Of a DNA stretch of 64,000 bases, positions 36,556 to 45,886 are shown one piece after another. Both the position numbers and the translations under genes were made by a program. Within the stretch, counting starts at the first letter, position 1. Each line of letters starts with the position of its first letter. The notes under the pieces were generated by a model. That model worked only from the letters and a program-made list of their open reading frames with translations. It had not been told where the DNA came from and did no database searches. Source of the DNA: a candidate division WOR-3 bacterium (GTDB lineage Bacteria; Hydrothermota; Tepidihabitantia; Tepidihabitantales; Tepidihabitantaceae); assembly GCA_965649205.1 (NCBI GenBank), contig CBFGJV010000002.1:1-64000 (forward strand), read 5' to 3'.

Positions 36556-37544
36556 GCCTGCTGATTGTTCTACTGTTTTTTGCGCGGACCGAGTCAGGGG
36601 AACTGAGTTCTGAATACTTGGCTGCTATCAGACGCGCAGACAGTCTGTACTGGGCCGGCCGGTACCAGGCGGCCCTGATTGCTTACGAAACCGCGCAAAA
36701 TATTCTGCCCGACGAACCTGGGCCCCAGGTTGGTATCGGCTGGACTCTGTTGCGCATGTCTGAGTACGCGCGTGCCGAAGAGGTTCTGCGCCGGGTGCTT
36801 GAGCTTCACCCGGACAACGAACAAGCCCGCAGGGGCCTCGCGCTTCTGCCTTTGTTCTACCGCGTCAGGTTGACGGCTACGCTGACCGGCAGTTCTGACG
36901 CGGCGCGCATCCTGGCTGGTTTCCTTGAGTACAACCACCTATTTCGGACAACTTTCACCGTTGGCGTCCAGAACATCTCCTTACGCGGCGGCTGGAACGG
37001 AATGAACGCCGCGCTGGTTGTTTTTCACCGTTTGCGTTATCCCTGGTCTGTTCGGCTCGACGTTTTTCTCTTGGCCTCAACCAGCGACCGTGCTTATCGC
37101 AGATACGTCTACGCGCCTTCCTTAGGATATCGTTGGCGCGAATGGAATACACGCGCCGTTTGCTTCGGCTGGGACCGGCTGGGCACGGTTGGCCTACAAC
37201 TAGACATCCAGCATCCCCTGCCGTTTGGCCTGGACTTCCACGCCACGCCGACGCTTAACCGTTCGGGTGATTCTCTGGGGTGGTTCATTCCCGCCTCGGT
37301 CAGCCGGCAGCTGACGCCCTATCTGCGCACTCAGGCCATGGCCGGCTGGGGCTCCATTGCGGATTACATTGACCTTGATGTACCAGCGCTCTACAACCAG
37401 TGGGAACGCTTCACGGCGACTGCCCGGCTTGGGGCCGATGCTACCATTGTCCGCAGGTTCCGTCTCGCCGCCTTCGTCACTTGGGAGAAATACAGCACTT
37501 CCCATAGTATTTTCCTTTCTTTTGTCCTTTCGGCTCGTTTCTAG
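36552..37544 (+). CDS. TPR protein with probable C-terminal outer-membrane beta-barrel
   Basis: Signal peptide; N-terminal TPRs; alternating beta-strand pattern ending in C-terminal Phe (LSARF). Confidence 0.7.
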   Translation: MSLLIVLLFFARTESGELSSEYLAAIRRADSLYWAGRYQAALIAYETAQNILPDEPGPQVGIGWTLLRMSEYARAEEVLRRVLELHPDNEQARRGLALLPLFYRVRLTATLTGSSDAARILAGFLEYNHLFRTTFTVGVQNISLRGGWNGMNAALVVFHRLRYPWSVRLDVFLLASTSDRAYRRYVYAPSLGYRWREWNTRAVCFGWDRLGTVGLQLDIQHPLPFGLDFHATPTLNRSGDSLGWFIPASVSRQLTPYLRTQAMAGWGSIADYIDLDVPALYNQWERFTATARLGADATIVRRFRLAAFVTWEKYSTSHSIFLSFVLSARF

Positions 37545-37557
37545 TGGGTACGGACTG

Positions 37558-37594
37558 AAAAAAAAGAGGTGTCGCCTGCTCAAAGGCGACACCT
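37558..37594 (-). terminator. Rho-independent terminator (possibly bidirectional) between convergent genes
   Basis: AGGTGTCGCCT-GCTCAA-AGGCGACACCT stem with an A8 run on the left (U-tract on the minus strand). Confidence 0.8.
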
Positions 37595-37612
37595 GTTTGG
37601 AGATAGCGGTTT

Positions 37613-40462
37613 TTAGAACTTCACTACCTTCTGTCGGTAACCAGCCTCGCCTGTTTCCAGACGGATAAAGTATACGCCGGGAGCAACGTTGCGTGTGTTC
37701 CAGAGTAGTTTATGTTGTCCTGCCGGTCTAGCCTCGTCGGTTAGACACTCTACTTCGCGTCCGGCTGCGTCCAGAACCGAGATACGCACCCGGCCAGCTT
37801 TGGTCAGTTGGTAGTTTATTCCTGTCTGGCTAGCAAAAGGATTAGGTTTTACTGCCAGTACGATTTCTTTTGCTTCGGCGGGCGTGCGGGGTCCGGCCAG
37901 ACCTACATTGCGGTCATACCAGGACTGGGCCGAATCGGCGTTCTGGCGAATTTCACTTCCGCTAGTTCCACCAACAAAGGCGATGGCGAAATGCTGACGT
38001 GCGCCAGGTGACAGATTGAAGGGGCCGGAGGAAACGCATATAGACCAGTCGTAGGCTCGGTTGGAATTAGGCTGGCTGATGGTTCCGTTCAGAAACCTCC
38101 ACTTCTGGCCGTCGGTCATACAGGAGTCTGGATAAACATAACGAGCGTGGTCAATTGCGGCTGTCCGAGCGCCGGTGGTGGGAGAAAGTATTTTGACTCC
38201 AACTGAAGGATTGGCACTGGTAGATGGTCGCATGAAGGCAAGTCTGCGGGACACATCGCTGGAGCAGATGTTGGCTGTGGCTGTACCGATGTCAAAGTCC
38301 GCGATTATGCCGGCGTACATGCCGTTGACCGCAGAAGAGCCATTGTTGGTAATGTCGAAAGTCATTACCACGAAGTCATCGTAACCCGGCGAAGCTACTT
38401 GATAACTTTGCTGGGTGACGACTATGCCCTTGGCTGCGGGATGTCCGGCATCAGAATACGAGCCGCGGAAATGCTGGTCTGCGCCATTAGCCGGAGGCAT
38501 GACCGGCCGCAAACTTTCTTGCGGCATCAGGTCTTGATTAGGCGCGCCCGAGGCAGGGCGGCTGAAGAAACGGTCGGCCAGATATGTTTCGCTGTTGCCC
38601 ATGGCAAAGCTGCTGTAGAACAGCTGGCTGGCACCGGTTTTGGGATAACAGAAGCCAGCGCCAGCATCCAGTCCGGGTGGTACATCATAGCCGATAGAAC
38701 CCTGACAGGACACGGTGAGCTTGCAGTAACCGGTGTCATGGGTCATAAGCAGTTCACCCTGTACCGGCGGCTGACCTACTACCAGGCTGAAGGTGGTTGT
38801 GAAGGTGGTCTCATCGCAGACAAGGAAGAGGCTGAAAGGCACGCTTCTGCCTTCCGGACAGTTACCAGCAACAAGCAGACCGAAAAGGTCCCCGCTGTTA
38901 TTTGCACTGTCGCGGCCGGCTATGTTACCGAAGTTTGCGGTGGAATCGGTCAGAACCAGATAGGGATCAGAGGTGCGCAAGGTGCCGCGCACATTCGTCG
39001 CTCCCACAGTGGAGAAGTTACGCAGATATGCGACTAGGTTAGCGTTTTCGCCAGGATCCAGCCTGCCGTTGCCATTTCCGTCATTGATAACGCGCGTACG
39101 GGAAAGAGAAAGCAAGGGTTGGGTAGCAGAGCCGGTGCGGTCCAGTGCGGCTTTGCAGTTGAGTCTGCCCCAGCCGTAATTGTTGTTGGGATAAGGTGCG
39201 CCGCCAGAGGGTCTGTCGGCCCAGTCGGTGAGCAGTACGAAGATTTCGTCGTGGGTGAGGGTAGGTTTTTTCTGTAGGAGCAGAGCGGCTGCGCCGGCCA
39301 CGTGCGGGCAGGCCATGGAAGTTCCATCCATGGTGGTGTAACCGCCACCCCGGGTGGCAGAACGTACACCTGAGCCCGGAGCTGCAATGCTCGGGTTTAT
39401 CAGGTTCCAATCTGACCTTGGCCAGTAACGAGTTTCATTCCAGGGTGACTGATTCAGGGCCGGGCCGCGCGAAGAGAAACTGGAAATAGCGTCGGTGCTG
39501 GTGGTGGAGCCTACGCCTATCATTATGGGATACGATCCCGGCGGGTTGGAAGTATTCGGATTCGGTCCGGAGTTGCCAATGGACGCAACGCAGACAATAC
39601 CCAAACTGCGCAGATTGTTGAAAGCGTTGAACCAGGCAGTAGTTGTTCTATCTCCAGAGCCCCAGGAGTTAGAAATAACCTGAGGTCGACCTGTTCCGGC
39701 CATCCAGTCCAGACAGGCAGAAATCCAGCTTGACTGTCCACTTCCGGAAGAATTGAAAGCCTTGGCGCAGATAAAGGTGGCGCCTGGGGCCACACCGATG
39801 TCATCTACGGCCGGACCAAGACCATCGCCTCCGCAAATGGTGCCCATCGTGTGGGTCCCATGGCCGTTGTCGTCGTAGGGGCTGGCCTGCCCGTTTACAG
39901 CGTCGAACCAACCATTAGTGGAACGCCAGCGGCCTTGGAAAGCCGGATGACTCACTTCTACACCAGTGTCCACATTTCCTACCACGACGCCGGTACCGTC
40001 AATGCCTACGGCCCAGCAGGAGTCGGCTTTCACCTTGCTGATATTCCAGCCGGGTGCGTCCGGCTCGCTGGAAGGTACGGGGTCATCGAGCTGGACGATG
40101 AAATCGTCCATTACATACTCCACGTCCTCACGCGCAGCCAGGGCGCGGATTATATCCGGGGTGGCAGAGAGGGCGATTTTGCTTTCCAGCCAGAAACTGC
40201 GGATATTCGCCGCGTCGGTCTGGGCTAGAAAGGCAAGAATGCCTCGCTGTGCCTCCTGGGCGATACGTTGTAGATACTCAATTTTCTCGTCGTAGGTAGC
40301 ACTCGGTCCGAGCTTGTTCAGGTCAGCCTGCAGAGCGGTTTTGACTACTATGTCAATTTTCTGGTCCGGTTGTGCCGAAGCGAGTATTTGCTCCAGTTCC
40401 GGCACAATCGTCCCGCCGAACGCCATGGCGCATAGCGCCAGGCACACTACTAAATGCCTCAC
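37613..40462 (-). CDS. Secreted S8 (subtilisin / bacillopeptidase F-like) serine protease with T9SS-type C-terminal domain
   Basis: DTG, HGTHTMG and GTSMACPHVAG catalytic triad; AGGAGG RBS; C-terminal PNPF...D.AGR...PGVYFIRL. Confidence 0.92.
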   Translation of the reverse strand: MRHLVVCLALCAMAFGGTIVPELEQILASAQPDQKIDIVVKTALQADLNKLGPSATYDEKIEYLQRIAQEAQRGILAFLAQTDAANIRSFWLESKIALSATPDIIRALAAREDVEYVMDDFIVQLDDPVPSSEPDAPGWNISKVKADSCWAVGIDGTGVVVGNVDTGVEVSHPAFQGRWRSTNGWFDAVNGQASPYDDNGHGTHTMGTICGGDGLGPAVDDIGVAPGATFICAKAFNSSGSGQSSWISACLDWMAGTGRPQVISNSWGSGDRTTTAWFNAFNNLRSLGIVCVASIGNSGPNPNTSNPPGSYPIMIGVGSTTSTDAISSFSSRGPALNQSPWNETRYWPRSDWNLINPSIAAPGSGVRSATRGGGYTTMDGTSMACPHVAGAAALLLQKKPTLTHDEIFVLLTDWADRPSGGAPYPNNNYGWGRLNCKAALDRTGSATQPLLSLSRTRVINDGNGNGRLDPGENANLVAYLRNFSTVGATNVRGTLRTSDPYLVLTDSTANFGNIAGRDSANNSGDLFGLLVAGNCPEGRSVPFSLFLVCDETTFTTTFSLVVGQPPVQGELLMTHDTGYCKLTVSCQGSIGYDVPPGLDAGAGFCYPKTGASQLFYSSFAMGNSETYLADRFFSRPASGAPNQDLMPQESLRPVMPPANGADQHFRGSYSDAGHPAAKGIVVTQQSYQVASPGYDDFVVMTFDITNNGSSAVNGMYAGIIADFDIGTATANICSSDVSRRLAFMRPSTSANPSVGVKILSPTTGARTAAIDHARYVYPDSCMTDGQKWRFLNGTISQPNSNRAYDWSICVSSGPFNLSPGARQHFAIAFVGGTSGSEIRQNADSAQSWYDRNVGLAGPRTPAEAKEIVLAVKPNPFASQTGINYQLTKAGRVRISVLDAAGREVECLTDEARPAGQHKLLWNTRNVAPGVYFIRLETGEAGYRQKVVKF

Positions 40463-40559
40463 GGCACCTCCTGTGATTAGAACTACGAAGCCCTAAACTA
40501 GACAAGACCACAAGGACAGGTTTATCCTGCTTGGGTCTATCAAGCTGCTTCGCCCTGAT

Positions 40560-40587
40560 AGTCTAACACGGAGAGTTTTCTAGTCAA
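40560..40587 (-). promoter_or_regulatory. sigma70-type promoter for S8 protease
   Basis: TTGACT-N16-TAGACT on minus strand. Confidence 0.65.
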
Positions 40588-41456
40588 TACGCATCTGTCC
40601 GATGCACAAAAGCAAAAGGACAATGCCATAGAGTAGTAATGGCACAGGAAAATGGCACTCTTAACTGGCAGATGCCGTGTCGGTCTTTGTTGTATCCAGA
40701 GGAGGTATGGGAGCGATTATCCGGGAGATTTGCGCAGTTGTAGGCAGACGCAAGCGGGAAGGAGACTGGTTGAGCAGGCGGCTACTGACCTCGCAAGCAG
40801 GAGAGCGGGATTGCTGCCAAGTGGTCAGGGCAGGAACTGTTGAGAGAGCTGGGTGGATAGCAGGGCGGGAGGTATTAGGGTTGGCAGACTGAGCTCAGAG
40901 GTAGAGGGCTTCGGGAGGTGCTTAGACAGGAATTTGCCGGGCCTGTGGCCAGGCGGTCCGGGGAACGGCTGGGGGAGCTGGGGAGGGGGTAGTAGGAGGG
41001 AACAGTATAACTATCTGTACAGGAAAGGGTTAGGTCAGGAATCACATAGGTAGTGGATAATACTCACGAGTATTATTGGGTTACTGTTGTTTTTGCGATT
41101 TATTGTTGCTCTATGGCGTTGTCTGAGACAGGAAGGAAACGGCCAGACCACTGCTGGAGAGGGTGGATTCTGATTTTGGCGGTGCGGACCCCGCCTGGGC
41201 TATGAGTAAGTGGTAGGGCAAGGGGGGAAGATATGGGCCGGGGTTTTGTGCAGTTAGGTCAAGGCTTTCTTCTCTTACCTGCGTTCGACCTTGAACTTAT
41301 GGATTGCAGCAGTATTAGACAGAAAAAATGGATGGTGGCTTGACAGGCGGGGGGCGTGGGGTAACATTTAGTTGCGACAGTGGGTCGCAGGTTACATCGT
41401 AAGACAGAAAACAAGGCGGCGCGTTGCTGCTTCGCCTGATTAATGGAGAAAACACC

Positions 41457-41777
41457 GTGCGTGGCCCATTTTTACTTAGACCCCTGCAGGTGGATATGTC
41501 AGTACCCGCAAAGGTGGGCGGAGTATACTGTCTGGGAAAAGACTCGAAAAATATAGCCGTAATCGCGCGAGTTGATGCCAATCTGCGGGAGGCAATAAAA
41601 GCTCACTGGAAGGAGTATAATTTTTTCTGGTTTCAGCCGGGTTTGACGCCGAGGGATTCATATGCCATCCATTGCCGTCAGTACCACAAATCTCTGAACA
41701 GCGGACAATTACAGGATACGACCCACCCGGTACCACCGGAAAAGTCCGACTTTAAATGTCCTGTGTGCGGTCAGTGA
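41457..41777 (+). CDS. Small GIY-YIG-like protein (degenerate) with C-terminal H...CPxC motif
   Basis: GGAG RBS then GTG 41457; GGVYCL...VIARVDANLREAIKAH...C..YH...HP.PP....CPVCG; promoter TTGACA-N16-TAACAT at 41340-41367. Confidence 0.65.
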   Translation: MRGPFLLRPLQVDMSVPAKVGGVYCLGKDSKNIAVIARVDANLREAIKAHWKEYNFFWFQPGLTPRDSYAIHCRQYHKSLNSGQLQDTTHPVPPEKSDFKCPVCGQ

Positions 41778-41832
41778 AGGACGGATAAGGTTTTCTGTCC
41801 TGCAAGAAAAAGTAACTGGCGGGAAAAGCTTG

Positions 41833-44673
41833 TCAGCGTAGATACGCCGGGTCGAGACGGGCAGGGTTCCTGAAGATAAGAGCGTCCAGCATTGAACTGT
41901 TTGCGGTAAAGTACAGTTGGCTTGAGGGTATGGGCCTGAGTCCGCGTGCGTAACCAACAGTCACGCTGACTGGCAGGAGATGGGCAAGTATGAGGTCGGT
42001 TCGCAGTTCGAATCCTGCGCCCAGTCTTCCACCAGCCAAGTCTGTTTTCTCCGGTTTCCAACCGTTCCAGACTAGAGCCCAGTCGGCAAACAGGGCCGTA
42101 TTGATATTGCGCAAGAATATCGGAGCGGTAGAAATACCCCGTTCTGGCCAGCAGAGAGGCGTACGCAGCTGGATACCTGCAGAAGCAATGTGGCGACCAG
42201 GTCTGGAAGTAGTAGTGAAGCCACGAACTCCCAGAAGAGTTCCGTCAGGATAAATACTCCAGGAGGTTAGCTGCGAAGAGTCGCCCACGGAGGTGCCTGC
42301 GGCGCAGCGCAGGCGGAGGCTCCAGTTGAGGGGTAAGGGTGCAGGAAGAGCAGAAGAAGAGGGGCGAGAGAAAGATAAGGGTCGGACAAAACCGCTAAGC
42401 CAGAAAAGTGTACGAATGCGGTCGCGTCCACCGAGCATGTGGCGGGATTCCAGGTCGGTGGCAAAGCCGGCAAGGGTACCTTGTGCCGGGGCTACGTCAA
42501 AGCGGTAGGCAAACGCATTGGAAGTGGCAAATTCCAAACGGTAATGTGCAGAAAAAGAGGTGTCGTGTCGGACCGCGGTCGCGAAGTCAAACTGCGAGGA
42601 GCGTCTGTTGGTTAATAAGGGCAGGGTGAGGGAAAATGTCCCGGCTTGGGTCTGGCGGTCGGCTTCCAAAAAGAAGGCAGGCAAGGGGTGGTAGCGGCGA
42701 AGTTCATATCCGCAGAGCAAAAAAGGAGTGCGGTTAAACCGGTAGCCGGCGGCAACGGCGTAACGATGGAGTTGAAGTGCGTCCCAGCCCAAAGTGGAGA
42801 CAGCCAAAGTCCAGGTAGAGTCGTAGGCGGCAAAAGGAAGCCAGAATTTAGGCCAGAGAGAAGGGAAGGGATTGTAGTAATAAAGGCTGGCAGGCTTTTG
42901 AGAACCGGGGGCGGCGAAGTAGTCTGGCCAGTTGGGCAGGTTTGCGGTAGTATCGGCAAAAGCCGTGACCGGTTTCCAAGTTCTGGCGTCAAGGTTGAGC
43001 AGGGCTATGTTGTCTCCACCAGCTGTGTGAGTTACAAGTGCAAGGCGGCGATTGTCTGGAGATACGGCGGGGCTAAATACGCCGTAAGGTACATTCGTGC
43101 AGCGAAGTATTTCCCGGGTTTGCGGCGAGTAGGAGTAGAGGTTGAAGATGCCAGAGCGGTCGGAAACAAAGAACAGGTGAGTGGCGGTGCGGGACCAGAA
43201 AGGCGAAAGGTCCTGTGCCCTGTCTTCCAGAACCAGAGAGTTCCATCCTGATACCAGGTCAATTATTTGAATGTCAGTATATCCGCCGAGCCTGCTTGCG
43301 CAGACGGCCAGTTGTTGTCCGTCTGGAGAAAAACGGGGAGAGGAAAATACGGTATAGTCAGTTGTTTCCGTGAGATTTTTCTTTTCTCCGGAGGCGAGGT
43401 GGTAGAGGATTATGTCCGTCTGCCCGTGCCTGACCGCGACAAACGCCAGGTGCGTCGAATCGGGCGAGAAGTCCGGGTCGCGCGCACGCATGCCCCAGGT
43501 CAGCCGTTTGAGTTCTCCGGTAACCAGATTGAGGGTGTACAAGTCGGAGATGTCAGAGTAGTTTGTAAGTTCGTACTGAGCAAAGGCAAGCAAAGTGCCG
43601 TCAGGGGAAAGGGAAAGATTGCCCGCGACCCGGCCGCGGTGCAATACCCGGCAGTTTCCGGTGGCAAGGTCAACAGCCTTGATGGCGGGGTACTCGTTGC
43701 CGTTGCGAGACACATAATACACTTCCTTGCCGTCCGCTGACCAGAGTGGCGAGGATGTGTATGCTCCTTCGTTTGTCAGCAGGTACAGAGGGGTGAGGGC
43801 TTCATTTTCCAGACGTTGCCTGATTGAGTTGGCGTAGGCTCTGACTTCCTCTTGCCATTCAGACCACCAAGAGAAGAAGCTTCGTCCGAACACACGGCGG
43901 GCAAAGAAGTTGTCGAAAAAGGGCAAACCTTTTGCTCTGGTCAAACTGTACTTATCCCAGATGTCATTTCCGAACTTTTCCGCCAGGTAGAGAGCGAAAA
44001 GACCGCCGTAGAGATAAGGAGAAGTTCCTTGCGGCCACCTTGTGAGCTCGTAGTGGCAGCAGCGGTCAATGGGCAGAAGGGCGTCGGCGTCTGCCGCTGC
44101 CCGAATCATCATATCATATTCAGTGCTATGGGCTCGACCAAATCCGGCAAATCTTGTTTCGGCAAGGACTGCATATCCTTCCAAAAGCCAAATGGGAGAG
44201 AGCGGATTGGTTAGTCCAATGCGGCCGAAAATTGAGCGGGCCACGGCTGGCAGACCCGCTACCATGTCCATCTGCAGAATGTGGGCGTATTCATGGACGA
44301 GTAATGTGCGCAGCCAGTCGGTGTAATTGAGACGCTGGTCCAGAGGAGGGTATGGTAATATGGTAATCGTATTCCCGGGCAGGGGGGCAGCCCAGCCGTT
44401 TGTATAGTCAAAGAAATCGGCAATTACTATTTGCGTTCGGGGTCTGGGATTCCAGCCTATGCTGGTGGTGAGTTGTTCGTGTACTTCTTCCGCGAGGCAG
44501 GCCACGCGAAGGGCAAGGCTTTCGGTTTCGGGGTTGAGCCGGCCGCGAGAGGAAAAATGCACGGCGAAATTCGGGGTTTCCAATGTATACCAGGAAAGAC
44601 CCGGGTCATAGCCCAAGCTGCCCGGCACCTGGCCCGGGAGGAAAAGCACAAAGGCAAGAAAGAACGTCAACAC
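41833..44673 (-). CDS. Outer-membrane protein: gluzincin-like (HExxH) domain + PD40/TolB-like propeller + Omp85-like barrel
   Basis: HEYAH...WLLEGYA; many P.(W/F)SPDG repeats; C-terminal VRGF and LRTPL...GAGFELR. Confidence 0.8.
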   Translation of the reverse strand: MLTFFLAFVLFLPGQVPGSLGYDPGLSWYTLETPNFAVHFSSRGRLNPETESLALRVACLAEEVHEQLTTSIGWNPRPRTQIVIADFFDYTNGWAAPLPGNTITILPYPPLDQRLNYTDWLRTLLVHEYAHILQMDMVAGLPAVARSIFGRIGLTNPLSPIWLLEGYAVLAETRFAGFGRAHSTEYDMMIRAAADADALLPIDRCCHYELTRWPQGTSPYLYGGLFALYLAEKFGNDIWDKYSLTRAKGLPFFDNFFARRVFGRSFFSWWSEWQEEVRAYANSIRQRLENEALTPLYLLTNEGAYTSSPLWSADGKEVYYVSRNGNEYPAIKAVDLATGNCRVLHRGRVAGNLSLSPDGTLLAFAQYELTNYSDISDLYTLNLVTGELKRLTWGMRARDPDFSPDSTHLAFVAVRHGQTDIILYHLASGEKKNLTETTDYTVFSSPRFSPDGQQLAVCASRLGGYTDIQIIDLVSGWNSLVLEDRAQDLSPFWSRTATHLFFVSDRSGIFNLYSYSPQTREILRCTNVPYGVFSPAVSPDNRRLALVTHTAGGDNIALLNLDARTWKPVTAFADTTANLPNWPDYFAAPGSQKPASLYYYNPFPSLWPKFWLPFAAYDSTWTLAVSTLGWDALQLHRYAVAAGYRFNRTPFLLCGYELRRYHPLPAFFLEADRQTQAGTFSLTLPLLTNRRSSQFDFATAVRHDTSFSAHYRLEFATSNAFAYRFDVAPAQGTLAGFATDLESRHMLGGRDRIRTLFWLSGFVRPLSFSRPSSSALPAPLPLNWSLRLRCAAGTSVGDSSQLTSWSIYPDGTLLGVRGFTTTSRPGRHIASAGIQLRTPLCWPERGISTAPIFLRNINTALFADWALVWNGWKPEKTDLAGGRLGAGFELRTDLILAHLLPVSVTVGYARGLRPIPSSQLYFTANSSMLDALIFRNPARLDPAYLR

Positions 44674-44683
44674 GACTTTAGTT

Positions 44684-45838
44684 TCAGCCGAGGGTAAGGC
44701 GTTTGATGATTACAGTTGCGTAAGAGCCTGCCGGAAGAAAAAAAGACAGCTTCAGTTTCAAGCGGCCCGGATACAGGTCGTCTGGTTCCGGCTGGCCAGA
44801 TTGCCAACTGGAAGGGATGACCAACGCCTGTCGGTCAAAGGGTTTGAAGAAAAGGCCGCGCAGACGAAGTTTGAGGCGAAACTGATCGAGTTCCAGTCCT
44901 TCTCGGGCCAGAACTTCAGAAGCGACTGCGGCTACGCGGTCACTCGCAAAGTTTGTGCCGGGGGCAAAAGCCGGTATCTTCTGGCGGCGGAGGTAGTGGA
45001 ATTTGTCAAGAGGGAGTTGTTCATAAAACAGCATCTTGCCTACTGAATATTCCACCGGCCGAGTCGGTATCTTCAGTCGCATTAGTAATCCGGCAAGGGT
45101 TTCATTCCATAAATAAGACTGATAAGCGTTGAGAAAAAGCTCCAGGAGGGGGCGCGGCAGAAGCTTGACCGCATTCTTGAAGTCAGTGGGATGAGAGACT
45201 AGGTACTGGAGAGCCGGTTTTGCTTCCGGGGGGGCGATTTCCAGGCAACGCTCCCAATTGCCCCAGTGTTCGGCTAATAATTGTTTGGTCCGTCGCGTGC
45301 GGGAGTCATCTGCCGCCGCTGGTGTAGCCAGGAACAATTTCAGAGCGCCGTTGTAATGGCCGGCTATCAGCTTGCGGGCGATAAATCCTTGTCCGTGCCG
45401 GGCCGAGCCAAAGCGCTGGTCGTCGTAGTAATTTGGCACACCAAAACGGCGTACCAAGGGGATAGCCTTTTCCACTGCGGCGAGTTCGTCGGTTGTGAGA
45501 GCGCGAAGGGTGATGATGAAGCGGTTTCCTAAAGCTAGCTCTTTTGTAACCGGCACATCAGCCATGCCTACCAGAGTGAGACGGTAGTTCTTTTCGTAAA
45601 TGGACTTAGGGCCGGCGCCGGGAGTAGAGAGGTACTGTACAGAATAGCCATAGCGGTCTTTCAGGCCGGCGCGGCCTATGGCGCGCAAACGGTGTCTGGT
45701 TTCCAGATCGCGTATCACATCCAGCGTATTCCAGTATCTTTTTTCCAGACGATAGATGGAATACGCCCCACGTTTTTTCAGGCGGAGTTTGAGTTTCTCT
45801 TCTACCTGAAAGTCTTCCGGTCTGCACTTGAGCTTCAT
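44684..45838 (-). CDS. truD: tRNA pseudouridine(13) synthase TruD
   Basis: KC.PEDFQVEE, AGLKDR, GNRF.I.LR, PNYYDDQRFG, AYQSYLWN and LPAGSYAT motifs. Confidence 0.93.
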   Translation of the reverse strand: MKLKCRPEDFQVEEKLKLRLKKRGAYSIYRLEKRYWNTLDVIRDLETRHRLRAIGRAGLKDRYGYSVQYLSTPGAGPKSIYEKNYRLTLVGMADVPVTKELALGNRFIITLRALTTDELAAVEKAIPLVRRFGVPNYYDDQRFGSARHGQGFIARKLIAGHYNGALKLFLATPAAADDSRTRRTKQLLAEHWGNWERCLEIAPPEAKPALQYLVSHPTDFKNAVKLLPRPLLELFLNAYQSYLWNETLAGLLMRLKIPTRPVEYSVGKMLFYEQLPLDKFHYLRRQKIPAFAPGTNFASDRVAAVASEVLAREGLELDQFRLKLRLRGLFFKPFDRQALVIPSSWQSGQPEPDDLYPGRLKLKLSFFLPAGSYATVIIKRLTLG

Positions 45839-45886
45839 CTTGTTACTTCAGCCTGCATTCTTAAGCGCCTTTGGGCTTACTGTCTC

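Noticed and set aside
40677..40892. Short ORF with GGAGGT before ATG 40707, considered as a RiPP precursor
   Set aside because: The SD is too close to the ATG, there is no leader motif, and it lies 3 kb from the RRE operon beyond a terminator
41050..41085. Possible dif site
   Set aside because: The ATAA...TTAT arms are 12 bp apart rather than 6, and there is no TTATGTTAAA-like XerD arm
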